A stretch of 48,107 nt of DNA from a bacterium (GTDB lineage Bacteria; J088; JAWLBW01). The notes beneath the pieces are model-generated. The model made no database searches. It had not been told where the DNA came from and saw only the letters and a program-made list of their open reading frames with translations. Below, one piece after another: positions 16,380 to 26,086 of this stretch. Numbering within the stretch: the stretch's first letter is position 1; the number at the start of each line of letters is the position of its first letter. Both the position numbers and the translations under genes were made by a program. The DNA is taken from NCBI GenBank assembly GCA_041690355.1, contig JAWLHK010000009.1, forward strand, positions 124,001-172,107, read 5' to 3'.

Positions 16380-17147
16380 ATGGACTGGCTTACCGAACCG
16401 CAGGCCTGGATTGCCCTGGCGACCCTGACGGCGCTCGAGCTCGTGCTCGGCATCGACAACGTCATCTTCATTTCGATTCTCGCAGGCAAGCTGCCGCCGG
16501 CCCAACGCGAGCGGGCGCGCGTCGTCGGCCTGGGGCTCGCGATGTTCACGCGCATTCTGCTGCTGTTTTCCCTCTCCTGGATTATCCGGCTGACGGCGCC
16601 GCTGTTCACGGTGCTCGCCCACGAGATCTCCGGCCGCGACCTCATCCTGCTGCTCGGCGGACTCTTCTTGATCGCCAAGAGCACGCACGAGATTCACGAC
16701 AAGCTCGAAGGGGTCGAAGGGCACGCCTCGGCCAAAGTCGCCGCCTCGTTCGGGAGCGTCACCCTGCAGATTCTCCTGCTCGACGTCGTATTTTCACTCG
16801 ACAGCGTCATCACCGCCGTGGGCATGGTCGACCGGATCTCGATCATGGTCATCGCCGTCGTCATCTCGGTCGCCTTCATGATGCTCTTTGCGGGAACCAT
16901 CAGCGCCTTCGTCGAGCGCCATCCGACGATCAAGATTCTCGCGCTTTCGTTTCTGCTGCTCATCGGCTTCACCCTCCTGCTCGAAGGGTTCGAGCAGCAC
17001 GTGCCCAAGGGATACATCTACTTCGCCATGGCCTTCTCGGTGTTCGTCGAGATGCTGAACATCCGCATGCGGCGTAAACGGGCGCCCGTCCACCTCCACC
17101 AGCGGTATGCCGAAGGGGACACGGCCGCCGAGGTGCCGCAACCATGA
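16380..17147 (+). CDS. TerC-family membrane protein
   Basis: LELVLGIDNVIFI, GRDLILLLGGLFL and LDVVFSLDSVITAVGM motifs. Confidence 0.93.
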   Translation: MDWLTEPQAWIALATLTALELVLGIDNVIFISILAGKLPPAQRERARVVGLGLAMFTRILLLFSLSWIIRLTAPLFTVLAHEISGRDLILLLGGLFLIAKSTHEIHDKLEGVEGHASAKVAASFGSVTLQILLLDVVFSLDSVITAVGMVDRISIMVIAVVISVAFMMLFAGTISAFVERHPTIKILALSFLLLIGFTLLLEGFEQHVPKGYIYFAMAFSVFVEMLNIRMRRKRAPVHLHQRYAEGDTAAEVPQP

Positions 17148-18019
17148 ATCCGCTCGTCGACGAACTGCTCGGCCTGCTCGACCTCGAGCGTATCGAAGAG
17201 AATCTCTTCCGCGGCACGAACCGCGACATCGGGAGCAAGAACGTCTTCGGCGGCCAGGTGCTCGCCCAGGCGCTCATCGCAGCCGGACGCACTGTCGATC
17301 CGGCGCGCAAGGCGCACTCGGTACACGGCTACTTCCTGAGGCCGGGCGACATGGCCGTCCCCATCGTGTACGAGGTGGACCGCATCCGCGACGGCGGCAG
17401 CTTCACCACCCGTCGCGTCGTGGCCATCCAGCACGGCAAGGCCATCTTCAACATGGCCGCCTCGTTCCAGATCACCGAAGAAGGGCTCGAGCACCAGGAC
17501 GAAATGCCCCAGGTACAGCAGCCCGAAGAACTGGTCTCGGAGCTCGAGATGCGGCGCATGATCGCGCACAACCTGCCCGAGAAGCTGCGCGAGCGGTTCA
17601 CGGCCGAGCGACCCATCGAACTGCGCCCCATCGATCCGCTCAACCCGTTTCAGCCTGAAAAGAAGGGGCCGCAGCAGTACATCTGGTTCCGTGCGCCGCA
17701 GGGGCTTCCCGACGACCCCCTGCTGCACAGGTCGGTACTGGCCTATGCCTCAGACTTCGGCCTGCTCGCGACCGGCATGCGCGTGCACGGCCTGTCGTTT
17801 CTGCAACGCAACGTGCAGGTGGCGAGCCTCGATCACGCCATCTGGTTTCACCGCGAGGCGCGAGCCGATCAGTGGCTTCTCTATGCGATGGACTCGCCGA
17901 GCGCGGGCAACGCGCGGGATTTCAACCGCGGACGCATCTACACGCAGGACGGCGTGCTGGTCGCATCAACCGCCCAGGAAGGGCTGATGCGCATCCGGCT
18001 CGACATCGATTCAGCGTAA
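17144..18019 (+). CDS. tesB: Acyl-CoA thioesterase II
   Basis: VFGGQVLAQAL, HSVHGYFLRPG, RDGGSF, LAYASD, ASLDHAIWFHR, QEGLMR. Confidence 0.95.
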   Translation: MNPLVDELLGLLDLERIEENLFRGTNRDIGSKNVFGGQVLAQALIAAGRTVDPARKAHSVHGYFLRPGDMAVPIVYEVDRIRDGGSFTTRRVVAIQHGKAIFNMAASFQITEEGLEHQDEMPQVQQPEELVSELEMRRMIAHNLPEKLRERFTAERPIELRPIDPLNPFQPEKKGPQQYIWFRAPQGLPDDPLLHRSVLAYASDFGLLATGMRVHGLSFLQRNVQVASLDHAIWFHREARADQWLLYAMDSPSAGNARDFNRGRIYTQDGVLVASTAQEGLMRIRLDIDSA

Positions 18020-18433
18020 GCGGCCGGCGGCGTTGAGCTGCAGCAGATAGACGAGAATGCCCACCGACAGCAGCCAGCCGAAGACGACGGCGTAGAGGAT
18101 CGTCCCCGCCTCGGAGGGAAGCTGCCCTTCGACATAGCGGCCCACGGTCATGGCCACGCTCATCAGCAGCGAGGCCACGTAGGCCGGAATCGCCGCGCGC
18201 CGCATGCTGAGCAGCGAAATCGACGCGGCCATCGTGGCCAGCCCCGATGCGGCCAGCAGCCCGAGGTGAAGGGCGCGATTGTCGGCGACGACGGCCAGCA
18301 GCTCGGGATCGTCGGCGTTCAGCAGGGTCCAGGCAAAGGTCAGCGAACTGACACCCGTGAACCCGAGGTAGAAGGCGACCACCCAGACCGCGGGAGTGCG
18401 CTGGGGAACGGAGGATGATTCTTCGTGTTCCAT
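18011..18433 (-). CDS. Hypothetical membrane protein (about 4 TM)
   Basis: Four hydrophobic stretches; extended -10 (TGgTACAAT) upstream; alternative start at 18445. Confidence 0.65.
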   Translation of the reverse strand: MEHEESSSVPQRTPAVWVVAFYLGFTGVSSLTFAWTLLNADDPELLAVVADNRALHLGLLAASGLATMAASISLLSMRRAAIPAYVASLLMSVAMTVGRYVEGQLPSEAGTILYAVVFGWLLSVGILVYLLQLNAAGRLR

Positions 18434-18525
18434 GTGAAAAGCCATTGTACCAGCCGCGTGGGCGCGGACGGCGAAAACGGCGGCGGATCCTTGACGCGGG
18501 CCGGGCTTGCCCCGAGGATAGGGGC

Positions 18526-18927
18526 ATGGAATTCACGCTGACGACGCCGGCGCTTCTCTTCCCGGCTATCTCGCTCCTGCTGCTGGCGTATACGAACCGC
18601 TTTCTGGCCCTGGCGTCGCTGATCCGCAACCTGCATGCCCGCTATCGAGAACAGGGTGAGCCGGTGCTGCTTGCCCAGTTGACGACGCTGCGCAACCGGG
18701 TCGACCTGATCCGGAACATGCAGGCGCTCGGCGTGCTCTCGCTGCTACTGTGCGTGCTCTGCATGTTCCTGCTCTTCGAAGGCTGGATCGGGCCGGGCAA
18801 GGCAGTCTTCGCCGTGAGTCTGATCCTGCTCATGCTCTCGCTGGCGCTCTCGGTGCGCGAAATCCAGATCTCTGTGCGCGCGCTCAATCTGCAGCTGAGC
18901 GACCTGGAACAGTTCGGCCGCCGGTAA
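18526..18927 (+). CDS. DUF2721-family membrane protein
   Basis: Signature MEFTLTTPALLFPAISLLLLAYTNRFL...EIQISVRAL. Confidence 0.85.
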   Translation: MEFTLTTPALLFPAISLLLLAYTNRFLALASLIRNLHARYREQGEPVLLAQLTTLRNRVDLIRNMQALGVLSLLLCVLCMFLLFEGWIGPGKAVFAVSLILLMLSLALSVREIQISVRALNLQLSDLEQFGRR

Positions 18928-18957
18928 CGGAAACCGGCGACATCTCCCGCGACCCGC

Positions 18958-20445
18958 TCAGCGGAACCAGCCGTCGGCGAGCTTCGTAAATACGCGCACG
19001 GCCGCGCCGGCCGCACCGCGCGGGCGGTACCCGCTGTCCTTGTCTTCCCAGGCGGCGCCGGCGATGTCGAGATGCACCCAGGGATAGTCGGTGAACTTCT
19101 CGAGAAACTTGGCCGCGCTGATGGTGCCGGCGCCGCGCCCGCCGGTCACGTTACGCAGATCGGCAACCGCGCTCTTCAGCCCGTCGGCATATTCATCCCA
19201 CATCGGGAGCTCCCACAGGCGCTCGCCGGAGTATTCGGCGGCCGCCCTGACCCGGTCCATGAGCGCCGCGTCGTTGCCCATGGCGCCGATGGCGTGGCCG
19301 AGGGCGATGACGCAGGCCCCCGTCAGCGTTGCGTTGTCGACGACCGCCGACGGTTTGAATTCCTTGGCGTAGCTCAGTGCATCGGCCAGAATGAGGCGCC
19401 CTTCGGCGTCGGTGTTGATGATTTCGACCGTCTTGCCGTCGCGGCTGTTGTGCACGTCTCCCGGCTTGGTCGCCTTGCCCCCCGGCATGTTCTCGCTGGC
19501 GGCGAACAGGCCCACGAAGTGCCCCTTGAGCTGCAGGCGGGCCACGTTCATCATGGCCCCGACCACGGCCGCCGCGCCGCTCATGTCGTACTTCATCTGC
19601 TCCATGTTGGCCGCCGGCTTGATGGAAATGCCGCCGGAATCGAAGGTGATTCCCTTGCCGACGAACACCAGGGGGCCCTTGCCCTTGACCGGCTTGCCGT
19701 ATTCCATGACCACGAAGCGCGGCTCCTCGACGCTGCCGCGCGAGACCCCGAGCAGCAGGTGCATCCGCTCGCGCTCGATGCGCTGCCGGTTCCACACCGT
19801 CACCTTCACGCCGTGATTGCGCGCCATGCGCGCGGCGGCATCGGCCAGGTCGCTCGGCGTCATGTAGTTCGCCGGCGAGTTGATCAGGTCACGCGCATAG
19901 AGCGTGCCCTCGGCAATGATCTGTCCGCGCTTTGCGGCATCGGCGTGCGCGCGGGGGACGAAGAGCACCGCCTCGTCGACCCGCTGCGGCGCCTTGTCGG
20001 TCTTGTAGCCGCGGTACTGGTACCCGCCCAGCAGCATGCCCTCGGCGATCGTCTCGTAGACCGTTGCGGCATCGAGACCGACCCCCTTGACGCCGTCGAC
20101 CGAGGCGCCGAGGTAGCTTGCATACTTCGGGATCTTGGCTCCGTCCATCCGCCGCTGGGCGTTGCCGGCCAGCTTGCGCAATGCATCGGCCGTGAGCTTG
20201 TCCTTTTTCCCGAGGCCGAAGATCAGTACGCGCTCGAACTTGCCGTCACCGGGCGTCAGTTCGCGCACCTCACCGCTTTCGCCCTTGAACGCCCCCGACT
20301 TCAGAAAAGCGGCGACCGAATCTCCCAGCTGGGCCTGCAGCGGTTCGAGCACGGGAGAGAGTGTGCGGCTCCCCTCGAAAACGGCCAGCACGGCCACGGG
20401 AGCGGGAACACGAGCTTCGACACGGGCAACCAAGCGCAGTTTCAT
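18958..20445 (-). CDS. pepA: Leucyl aminopeptidase (M17)
   Basis: VGKGITFDSGGISIK, MKYDMSGAA, NTDAEGRL, ATLTGAC, WVHLDIAG. Confidence 0.96.
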   Translation of the reverse strand: MKLRLVARVEARVPAPVAVLAVFEGSRTLSPVLEPLQAQLGDSVAAFLKSGAFKGESGEVRELTPGDGKFERVLIFGLGKKDKLTADALRKLAGNAQRRMDGAKIPKYASYLGASVDGVKGVGLDAATVYETIAEGMLLGGYQYRGYKTDKAPQRVDEAVLFVPRAHADAAKRGQIIAEGTLYARDLINSPANYMTPSDLADAAARMARNHGVKVTVWNRQRIERERMHLLLGVSRGSVEEPRFVVMEYGKPVKGKGPLVFVGKGITFDSGGISIKPAANMEQMKYDMSGAAAVVGAMMNVARLQLKGHFVGLFAASENMPGGKATKPGDVHNSRDGKTVEIINTDAEGRLILADALSYAKEFKPSAVVDNATLTGACVIALGHAIGAMGNDAALMDRVRAAAEYSGERLWELPMWDEYADGLKSAVADLRNVTGGRGAGTISAAKFLEKFTDYPWVHLDIAGAAWEDKDSGYRPRGAAGAAVRVFTKLADGWFR

Positions 20446-20750
20446 CGGGACACCTGAACAGTAAAGAATGGATGAAGGAGCAGGCAAGTCCGGCCGCGCG
20501 GGCCCGATCGCCCAAAGAACCTACAATACCACGGGCAGAGCGCTTTGGGTACGGCTCGACGTTCTTCTCCGGTGTAGAAGGGGCCCCCCGGGAATACACC
20601 GGCAGCCTCCCGCCCCCCGCCGATGCCGTGACGCGGCGTCAGCGAACCGATACAATATACGTTTCGCTGACGCACAACGCATTGCGCCAGAATGTGGTTT
20701 CGAAGTCGGCCCGCAGGTGCAGCCGGAGGGTGTCGGCCGGAGAGTATCGG

Positions 20751-21860
20751 ATGGATCCGTTCATGGCCCGGGCGCTGGAACTGGCCGCCCGCGGTGTCGG
20801 GACGGCGTCGCCGAACCCGTGTGTGGGGGCGGTGATCGTACGTGACGGCCGGATTGTCGGCGAGGGTTTTCACCGTAAGGCGGGAGAACCGCACGCCGAG
20901 ATTCACGCGCTGCGCGCGGCGGGCGACCGGGCACGCGGGGCCACCCTGTACGTGACCCTCGAACCCTGCGCGCACACGGGGCGCACGGGGCCCTGCGCCG
21001 GCGCCGTGGTCGAGGCGGGTATCGCCGAGGCCGTGGTCGCCCACGCGGATCCGAACCCGCAGGTGGCCGGCCGCGGGCTTTCCCGCCTGCGCGAGGCGGG
21101 CATCCGGGTGCGGCTCGGCGAAGGCGAGTCTGAAGCACGCCGGCTGAACGAGGCTTTTCTGTTCGCCGTCGCTCGCGGACGTCCGTGGCTGCATCTGAAG
21201 TGGGCGATGACGCTCGACGGCAAAAGCGCGACGGCGAGCGGCGAGTCGAAGTGGATTACCGGACCGGCGGCGCGCGCGCGGGTCCACCGCATGCGCGCCG
21301 AGGCCGACGCGGTGCTCGTCGGGGGTGAGACGCTGCGCGCCGACGACCCCGCGCTCACGGTGCGCGATTTCGCCTGGGGCGACGACCGGGAGCTGCGCCA
21401 GCCGGAGCGCATCGTGGTCACGAACCGGCCGGTCGATCTGGAACGGCGTCTTTTCGCGGGCGGTCCCGGGGTGACGGTGCTCTTCGGCGCCGACCCCGGC
21501 GCCGGCCATCGCGCGGCGCTGGCCGACCGGGGCGTGCGTGCCGAGGTCTACGCAGGCGAAGGCGGCCTGGACTGGGACGCCGCCCTGCGCAGCCTGGGCG
21601 AACGGGACATGCGCTCGGTGCTTGTCGAGGCGGGCCCCACGCTGGCCGGCGTGCTGCTGCGGGGCTGCCTGGCGCAGCGCGTGACGGCGTTCGTGAGCCC
21701 GCGCATCCTCGGCGGCGCGCACAGCCGGCCGGCAGTGGGCGGACCCGATCCGCTGCGGCTGGCCGAGGCGAAGACGCTCGTCGACACGCGCTGGGAGGCC
21801 GTGGGCGACGACTGGATGTTGACCGGACTGCTGCCCGAAGCGGCCCCGGAAGGGGTCTGA
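20751..21860 (+). CDS. ribD: Bifunctional riboflavin deaminase/reductase
   Basis: PNPCVGAV, HAE, TLEPCAH..RTGPC, KWAMTLDG, SKWIT. Confidence 0.95.
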   Translation: MDPFMARALELAARGVGTASPNPCVGAVIVRDGRIVGEGFHRKAGEPHAEIHALRAAGDRARGATLYVTLEPCAHTGRTGPCAGAVVEAGIAEAVVAHADPNPQVAGRGLSRLREAGIRVRLGEGESEARRLNEAFLFAVARGRPWLHLKWAMTLDGKSATASGESKWITGPAARARVHRMRAEADAVLVGGETLRADDPALTVRDFAWGDDRELRQPERIVVTNRPVDLERRLFAGGPGVTVLFGADPGAGHRAALADRGVRAEVYAGEGGLDWDAALRSLGERDMRSVLVEAGPTLAGVLLRGCLAQRVTAFVSPRILGGAHSRPAVGGPDPLRLAEAKTLVDTRWEAVGDDWMLTGLLPEAAPEGV

Positions 21861-21888
21861 GGCCGAGGGGCAAAGGAAGGACGGAAGA

Positions 21889-22497
21889 ATGTTTACCGGG
21901 CTGATCGCCGACATCGGGGTCGTTGCGCGCGTCGATGAGACGGAAAAGGGTCGCCGTTTCCGCATCGAGGCCGCACTGGCCGACGACACCCTTGCCATGG
22001 GCGAATCGATTGCCGTCGACGGCTGCTGCCTGACGGTGGTCGCCTTCGGCCCCGGCTGGTTCGAGGTTGAGCTTTCGCACGAAACCCTCGAGCGCACGAC
22101 CCACGCCCGCACGGCGGGGGGAGTCCGGGTGAACCTGGAGCGCGCCATGCGTCTGGGCGATCGTCTGGGCGGCCACATCGTGCAGGGGCACGTCGACGGC
22201 GTAGGCACGATCGAAGCCGTGCGCGCCGTGGGCGAAGCCCACGAACTCGATTTCCGGATCCCCGACGATCTGGGCCGCTACGTGGTCGAGAAGGGTTCCA
22301 TCACGCTGTCGGGCATCAGCCTGACGGTCAACCGCATCGCAGGCACCCGGGTCGGCGTGACGATCATCCCGCACACCTGGACGCATACCACCCTCGGCAC
22401 CCTCACCCCCGGCGCGGGCGTGAACGTCGAGGTCGACATTCTGGCGAAGTACGTCGAGTCGCTCACGCGGCCGGCGCAGCACATGAGGACATCGTGA
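21889..22497 (+). CDS. ribE: Riboflavin synthase (alpha chain)
   Basis: [35 protein letters not shown]. Confidence 0.96.
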   Translation: MFTGLIADIGVVARVDETEKGRRFRIEAALADDTLAMGESIAVDGCCLTVVAFGPGWFEVELSHETLERTTHARTAGGVRVNLERAMRLGDRLGGHIVQGHVDGVGTIEAVRAVGEAHELDFRIPDDLGRYVVEKGSITLSGISLTVNRIAGTRVGVTIIPHTWTHTTLGTLTPGAGVNVEVDILAKYVESLTRPAQHMRTS

Positions 22498-23720
22498 GTG
22501 ATTCTGTATTCTGCAGCATTGAAGAAGCCATCGAAGAGATCCGTGCGGGGCGCATGCTGATTCTCGTCGACGACGAGGACCGCGAAAATGAAGGCGACAT
22601 CGTTCTCGCCGCTGAAGACGCGACCCCCGAAGCCATCAATTTCATGGCCAAGTACGCCCGCGGGCTGATCTGTCTGGCCATGACCGAAGAGCGCATTCAG
22701 CAGCTGCAGCTGCCCATGATGGTGCCCAACAACAAGAGCCCGTACGAAACCGCCTTCACGGTGAGCATCGAGGCCCGCCACGGCGTCACGACCGGGATCA
22801 GCGCGGCCGACCGGTCGCATACGATTCAGACGGCCATCAAGGACGACGCCCGGGCCGAAGATCTGATCAGCCCGGGCCACGTGTTTCCCCTGCGTGCCCG
22901 CAAGGGGGGCGTGCTCGTGCGCACGGGTCAGACCGAGGGTTCCACCGACCTGGTGCGCATGGCCGGACGCAAGCCGGCGGCCGTCATCTGCGAAATCATG
23001 AACGACGACGGCACGATGGCCCGCCGCGACGACCTCGAGAAATTCGCGCGCGAGCACGGCCTGAAGATCACCTCCGTGGCGGCCCTGATCCAGTACCGCC
23101 TGCAGCAGGAGACGCTCGTACACCAGACGGCGGCAGCCGTCATCCCGACCGAGTACGGCGAGTTCCGGGCCATCACCTTTGAAAACGACGTCGATCCGCA
23201 CACGCACGTCGCCTTCGTCAAAGGCGATCTTTCCGGCGATGCGCCGGTGCTCGTGCGCATGCACTCCGAATGCCTGACCGGCGACGTCTTCGGTTCGGCC
23301 CGCTGCGACTGCGGCAGCCAGCTGCACCAGGCCCTGCGCCAGATCAACGACGCCGGACGGGGCGTGCTCGTTTACCTGCGCCAGGAAGGGCGCGGCATCG
23401 GCCTCGCCAACAAGCTCAAAGCCTACGCCCTGCAGGACCAGGGCAAGGATACGGTCGAGGCCAACGAGGCGCTCGGCTTCAAGCCCGATCTGCGCGACTA
23501 CGGCATCGGCGCGCAGATCCTGCGCAGCCTGGGCGTGCGCAAGATGACACTGCTGACGAACAACCCCAAGAAGATCGTCGGCCTCGACGGTTACGGCCTC
23601 GAAGTCGTCGACCGGGCGCCCATCGAGATCGCGCCGAACGCGACAAACGCGCGCTACCTGAAAACGAAGAAAGAAAAAATGGGCCACCTGCTCAGCCACC
23701 TCACCGGAAAGGGCGAATAA
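22494..23720 (+). CDS. ribBA: DHBP synthase / GTP cyclohydrolase II
   Basis: [44 protein letters not shown] start overlapping the ribE stop. Confidence 0.97.
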   Translation: MSDSVFCSIEEAIEEIRAGRMLILVDDEDRENEGDIVLAAEDATPEAINFMAKYARGLICLAMTEERIQQLQLPMMVPNNKSPYETAFTVSIEARHGVTTGISAADRSHTIQTAIKDDARAEDLISPGHVFPLRARKGGVLVRTGQTEGSTDLVRMAGRKPAAVICEIMNDDGTMARRDDLEKFAREHGLKITSVAALIQYRLQQETLVHQTAAAVIPTEYGEFRAITFENDVDPHTHVAFVKGDLSGDAPVLVRMHSECLTGDVFGSARCDCGSQLHQALRQINDAGRGVLVYLRQEGRGIGLANKLKAYALQDQGKDTVEANEALGFKPDLRDYGIGAQILRSLGVRKMTLLTNNPKKIVGLDGYGLEVVDRAPIEIAPNATNARYLKTKKEKMGHLLSHLTGKGE

Positions 23721-24271
23721 TGGCGACCCGACGCGAACTCAAGCGCAAGAGCGCCCAGACACCGAAGCGCTCGGCGGCAAAGAAGGCGACGGCCGAAATT
23801 CCCGTCTACCGCGGCACCCCCGACGGCTCGCAGCTGCGGCTGGCCGTGGTCGTGGCGCAGTTCAACCAGGACATCACCGACAAACTGCTCGAAGGCGCCC
23901 TCGATACCTTTGCGGCATGTGGGGTCAAGCCCGCGAACCTGACCGTCGTGCAGGTGCCCGGCGCGTGGGAACTGCCCGCCACCGCCCAGGCGCTCATCGA
24001 GCGCGCGCCGAAGACGAAGCGTCTCGACGGCGTGCTCGCCCTCGGGGCCGTCATCCGCGGCGGCACGCCCCACTTCGACTACGTCTGCAACGAGACGTCG
24101 CGCGGCCTGATGGACGTCGGGCTCACCTTCGGCATCCCGGTGGTCTTTGGCGTGCTCACGACCGACACGGTCAAACAGGCCAAGGACCGTACGGGCGGCG
24201 CGCTGGGGAACAAGGGGAGCGAGACGGCGCTGGCGACGGTCGAGATGGCCAACCTTTTCCGCGAGCTGTGA
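23720..24271 (+). CDS. ribH: Lumazine synthase with a basic N-terminal extension
   Basis: AQFN, VPGAWELP, GAVIRGGTPHFDYV, FGVLTTD, GNKG; TAATG overlap with the ribBA stop. Confidence 0.95.
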   Translation: MATRRELKRKSAQTPKRSAAKKATAEIPVYRGTPDGSQLRLAVVVAQFNQDITDKLLEGALDTFAACGVKPANLTVVQVPGAWELPATAQALIERAPKTKRLDGVLALGAVIRGGTPHFDYVCNETSRGLMDVGLTFGIPVVFGVLTTDTVKQAKDRTGGALGNKGSETALATVEMANLFREL

Positions 24272-24273
24272 GC

Positions 24274-24705
24274 ATGGGTTCCCGCCGTCAAGCGCGCGAA
24301 GCCGCCTGCCAGATTCTCTACCAGATGGATCTGCGCGAAGAGTGGGACGAGGCCCACATCCTCTCGTTCTGGAATCTGCTCGAGCGGCAGCCCGATCGCG
24401 AAAGCCGCAAGTATGCAGAAGCGATCGTGGGCGGCGTTCTGCGTGAACGGCCGCGGCTCGACGAGCAGGTCGAAAAAGCCGCCCGCAACTGGTCGCTCGA
24501 CCGCATGGGAATGATTGACCGCAACATCCTGCGGGCCGCCGCGTGGGAAATGACGGGAGAACCGGCCCTTTCGCCGGGCATCGTCATCGACGAGTGGCTC
24601 GACATCGCGCGCGACTTCGGTAGCGACGATTCGCCTGCGTTCGTCAACGGCATTCTTGACCGGATTGCCCAGGACCACAAGGCCTCTTCCCGGAGCGACG
24701 CTTGA
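24274..24705 (+). CDS. nusB: Transcription antitermination factor NusB
   Basis: RRQAREAACQILYQ, NWSLDRM, IDRNILR, FVNGILD; canonical position after ribH. Confidence 0.93.
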   Translation: MGSRRQAREAACQILYQMDLREEWDEAHILSFWNLLERQPDRESRKYAEAIVGGVLRERPRLDEQVEKAARNWSLDRMGMIDRNILRAAAWEMTGEPALSPGIVIDEWLDIARDFGSDDSPAFVNGILDRIAQDHKASSRSDA

Positions 24706-25175
24706 GCAAAGCTGCGGACGAGCGGTGGGCCGAAAGGTGGGCCGAAGGGTGGAATGACACGCCCGATCGCTTCGTCGGCGACCTGGCGGTGGGTCCCCTC
24801 TATGCCGATAGGCCCCCGACGCGGGGCTTGGCCGGCTGGGTCGACTGGCGGCTCGGCGAGCCGGTGGCTGAGGCCATCCTCAACGGCCGCGTCAAGGCCC
24901 AGCCCGGAGAACGCTTCCTGATTGCGGGCCGGCCTCCCTTCAACGTGCCGCGCATCGTGCTGCTGGGCGTCGACGCCCCGGTATCCGATCCCGCGCTGCT
25001 ACCGCCGCTCGCCGATCTCTTCGCCGACGCCCTGCGCGGCCTGGGGGGCGGACGCGTGCTGGTGGAACCGCCGGCCACCGATGCCCCAGCATTTCTGCGC
25101 CTGCTGCAGGAGCGCCTCGAGGGGCTGACCTGCGAAATCCTTTCCTACGTTCCCGAGGAACCATGTCGAATCTGA
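24702..25175 (+). CDS. Stand-alone peptidase M17 N-terminal-like domain protein
   Basis: DRPPTRGLAGWVDWRL...GERFLI...RIVLLG pattern; TTG start coupled to the nusB stop. Confidence 0.6.
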   Translation: MSKAADERWAERWAEGWNDTPDRFVGDLAVGPLYADRPPTRGLAGWVDWRLGEPVAEAILNGRVKAQPGERFLIAGRPPFNVPRIVLLGVDAPVSDPALLPPLADLFADALRGLGGGRVLVEPPATDAPAFLRLLQERLEGLTCEILSYVPEEPCRI

Positions 25176-26086
25176 CTCAGCGGGTGCTGACGGCCATCGT
25201 GGCCCTGCCGCTGCTCATCTGGCTCTTCATCTACGGCGGACTTCCCTTTGCCGTTCTCGTCGGCGCCGCGACGGCCGTGGGCCTGTACGAATTCTTCGCC
25301 ATGATGGAGGCGCGCGGCTTCAAACCGATGAAGACGGTGGGCTACGCCCTGGGGATCGCCTTCGTCGCGGTCGCGTACCTGAGCGAGTATCTCCTGACCA
25401 TCGTGGTCACCTTCTCGATGCTCACCGTCATGGCGATGCAGCTCACCAAGCGCGACATTCCCGCCTCGATCACGGGCATGGCGGTCACGGTCTTCGGGCT
25501 GCTCTACGTGGCCTGGCTGCTGAGCCACGCCGTGCTCCTGCGCAACGTCGGGTGGGAAATTCTCGAGTTCGGGGGAAACAACGCCCCCTTTCGCCAGTTC
25601 ACGGGCGGCCTGACCGATCGGGACGAGCGTTTCGTCTTCGTCGTCGGCGTCTTCTTCATGTTCGTCGTCTTCGCCTGCACCTTCCTCAACGATACCGGCG
25701 CCTATTTCGCCGGCCGCTTCTTCGGCAAGCACAAGCTGGCGCCTTCGGTGAGCCCCAAAAAGACCTGGGAAGGGGCGGTGGGGGGCGTGTTCGCCTCGAC
25801 GGCGGGCGCGGCCGGGGTGAAATTCGTCTTCGACAGCTGGGTGCCAGACGGGCGTCTCATCGACTTTCCCTACTGGGCTATCCTGGTCATCGGCTTCGTA
25901 CTGGCCATCGCCTCCATCCTCGGCGATCTGGTGGAGTCGCTCATCAAGCGTGATGCCGACATCAAGGATTCGGGCTGGATCATTCCGGGCCATGGCGGCA
26001 TTCTCGACCGCATCGACGCCCTGCTCTTCACCTTTCCCGTCACCTACTACCTCGCCCAGGCCTACTACCTCTTCTTCGCCGACTGA
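25163..26086 (+). CDS. cdsA: Phosphatidate cytidylyltransferase
   Basis: NDTGAYFAG, SPKKTWEG, GDLVESLIKR, KDSG, PGHGGILDRID. Confidence 0.96.
   Translation: MSNLTQRVLTAIVALPLLIWLFIYGGLPFAVLVGAATAVGLYEFFAMMEARGFKPMKTVGYALGIAFVAVAYLSEYLLTIVVTFSMLTVMAMQLTKRDIPASITGMAVTVFGLLYVAWLLSHAVLLRNVGWEILEFGGNNAPFRQFTGGLTDRDERFVFVVGVFFMFVVFACTFLNDTGAYFAGRFFGKHKLAPSVSPKKTWEGAVGGVFASTAGAAGVKFVFDSWVPDGRLIDFPYWAILVIGFVLAIASILGDLVESLIKRDADIKDSGWIIPGHGGILDRIDALLFTFPVTYYLAQAYYLFFAD

Noticed and set aside
20446-20750. FMN riboswitch or NrdR box before ribD
   Set aside because: No RFN consensus segments are visible, and ATACAATATACG matches only half of an NrdR box.
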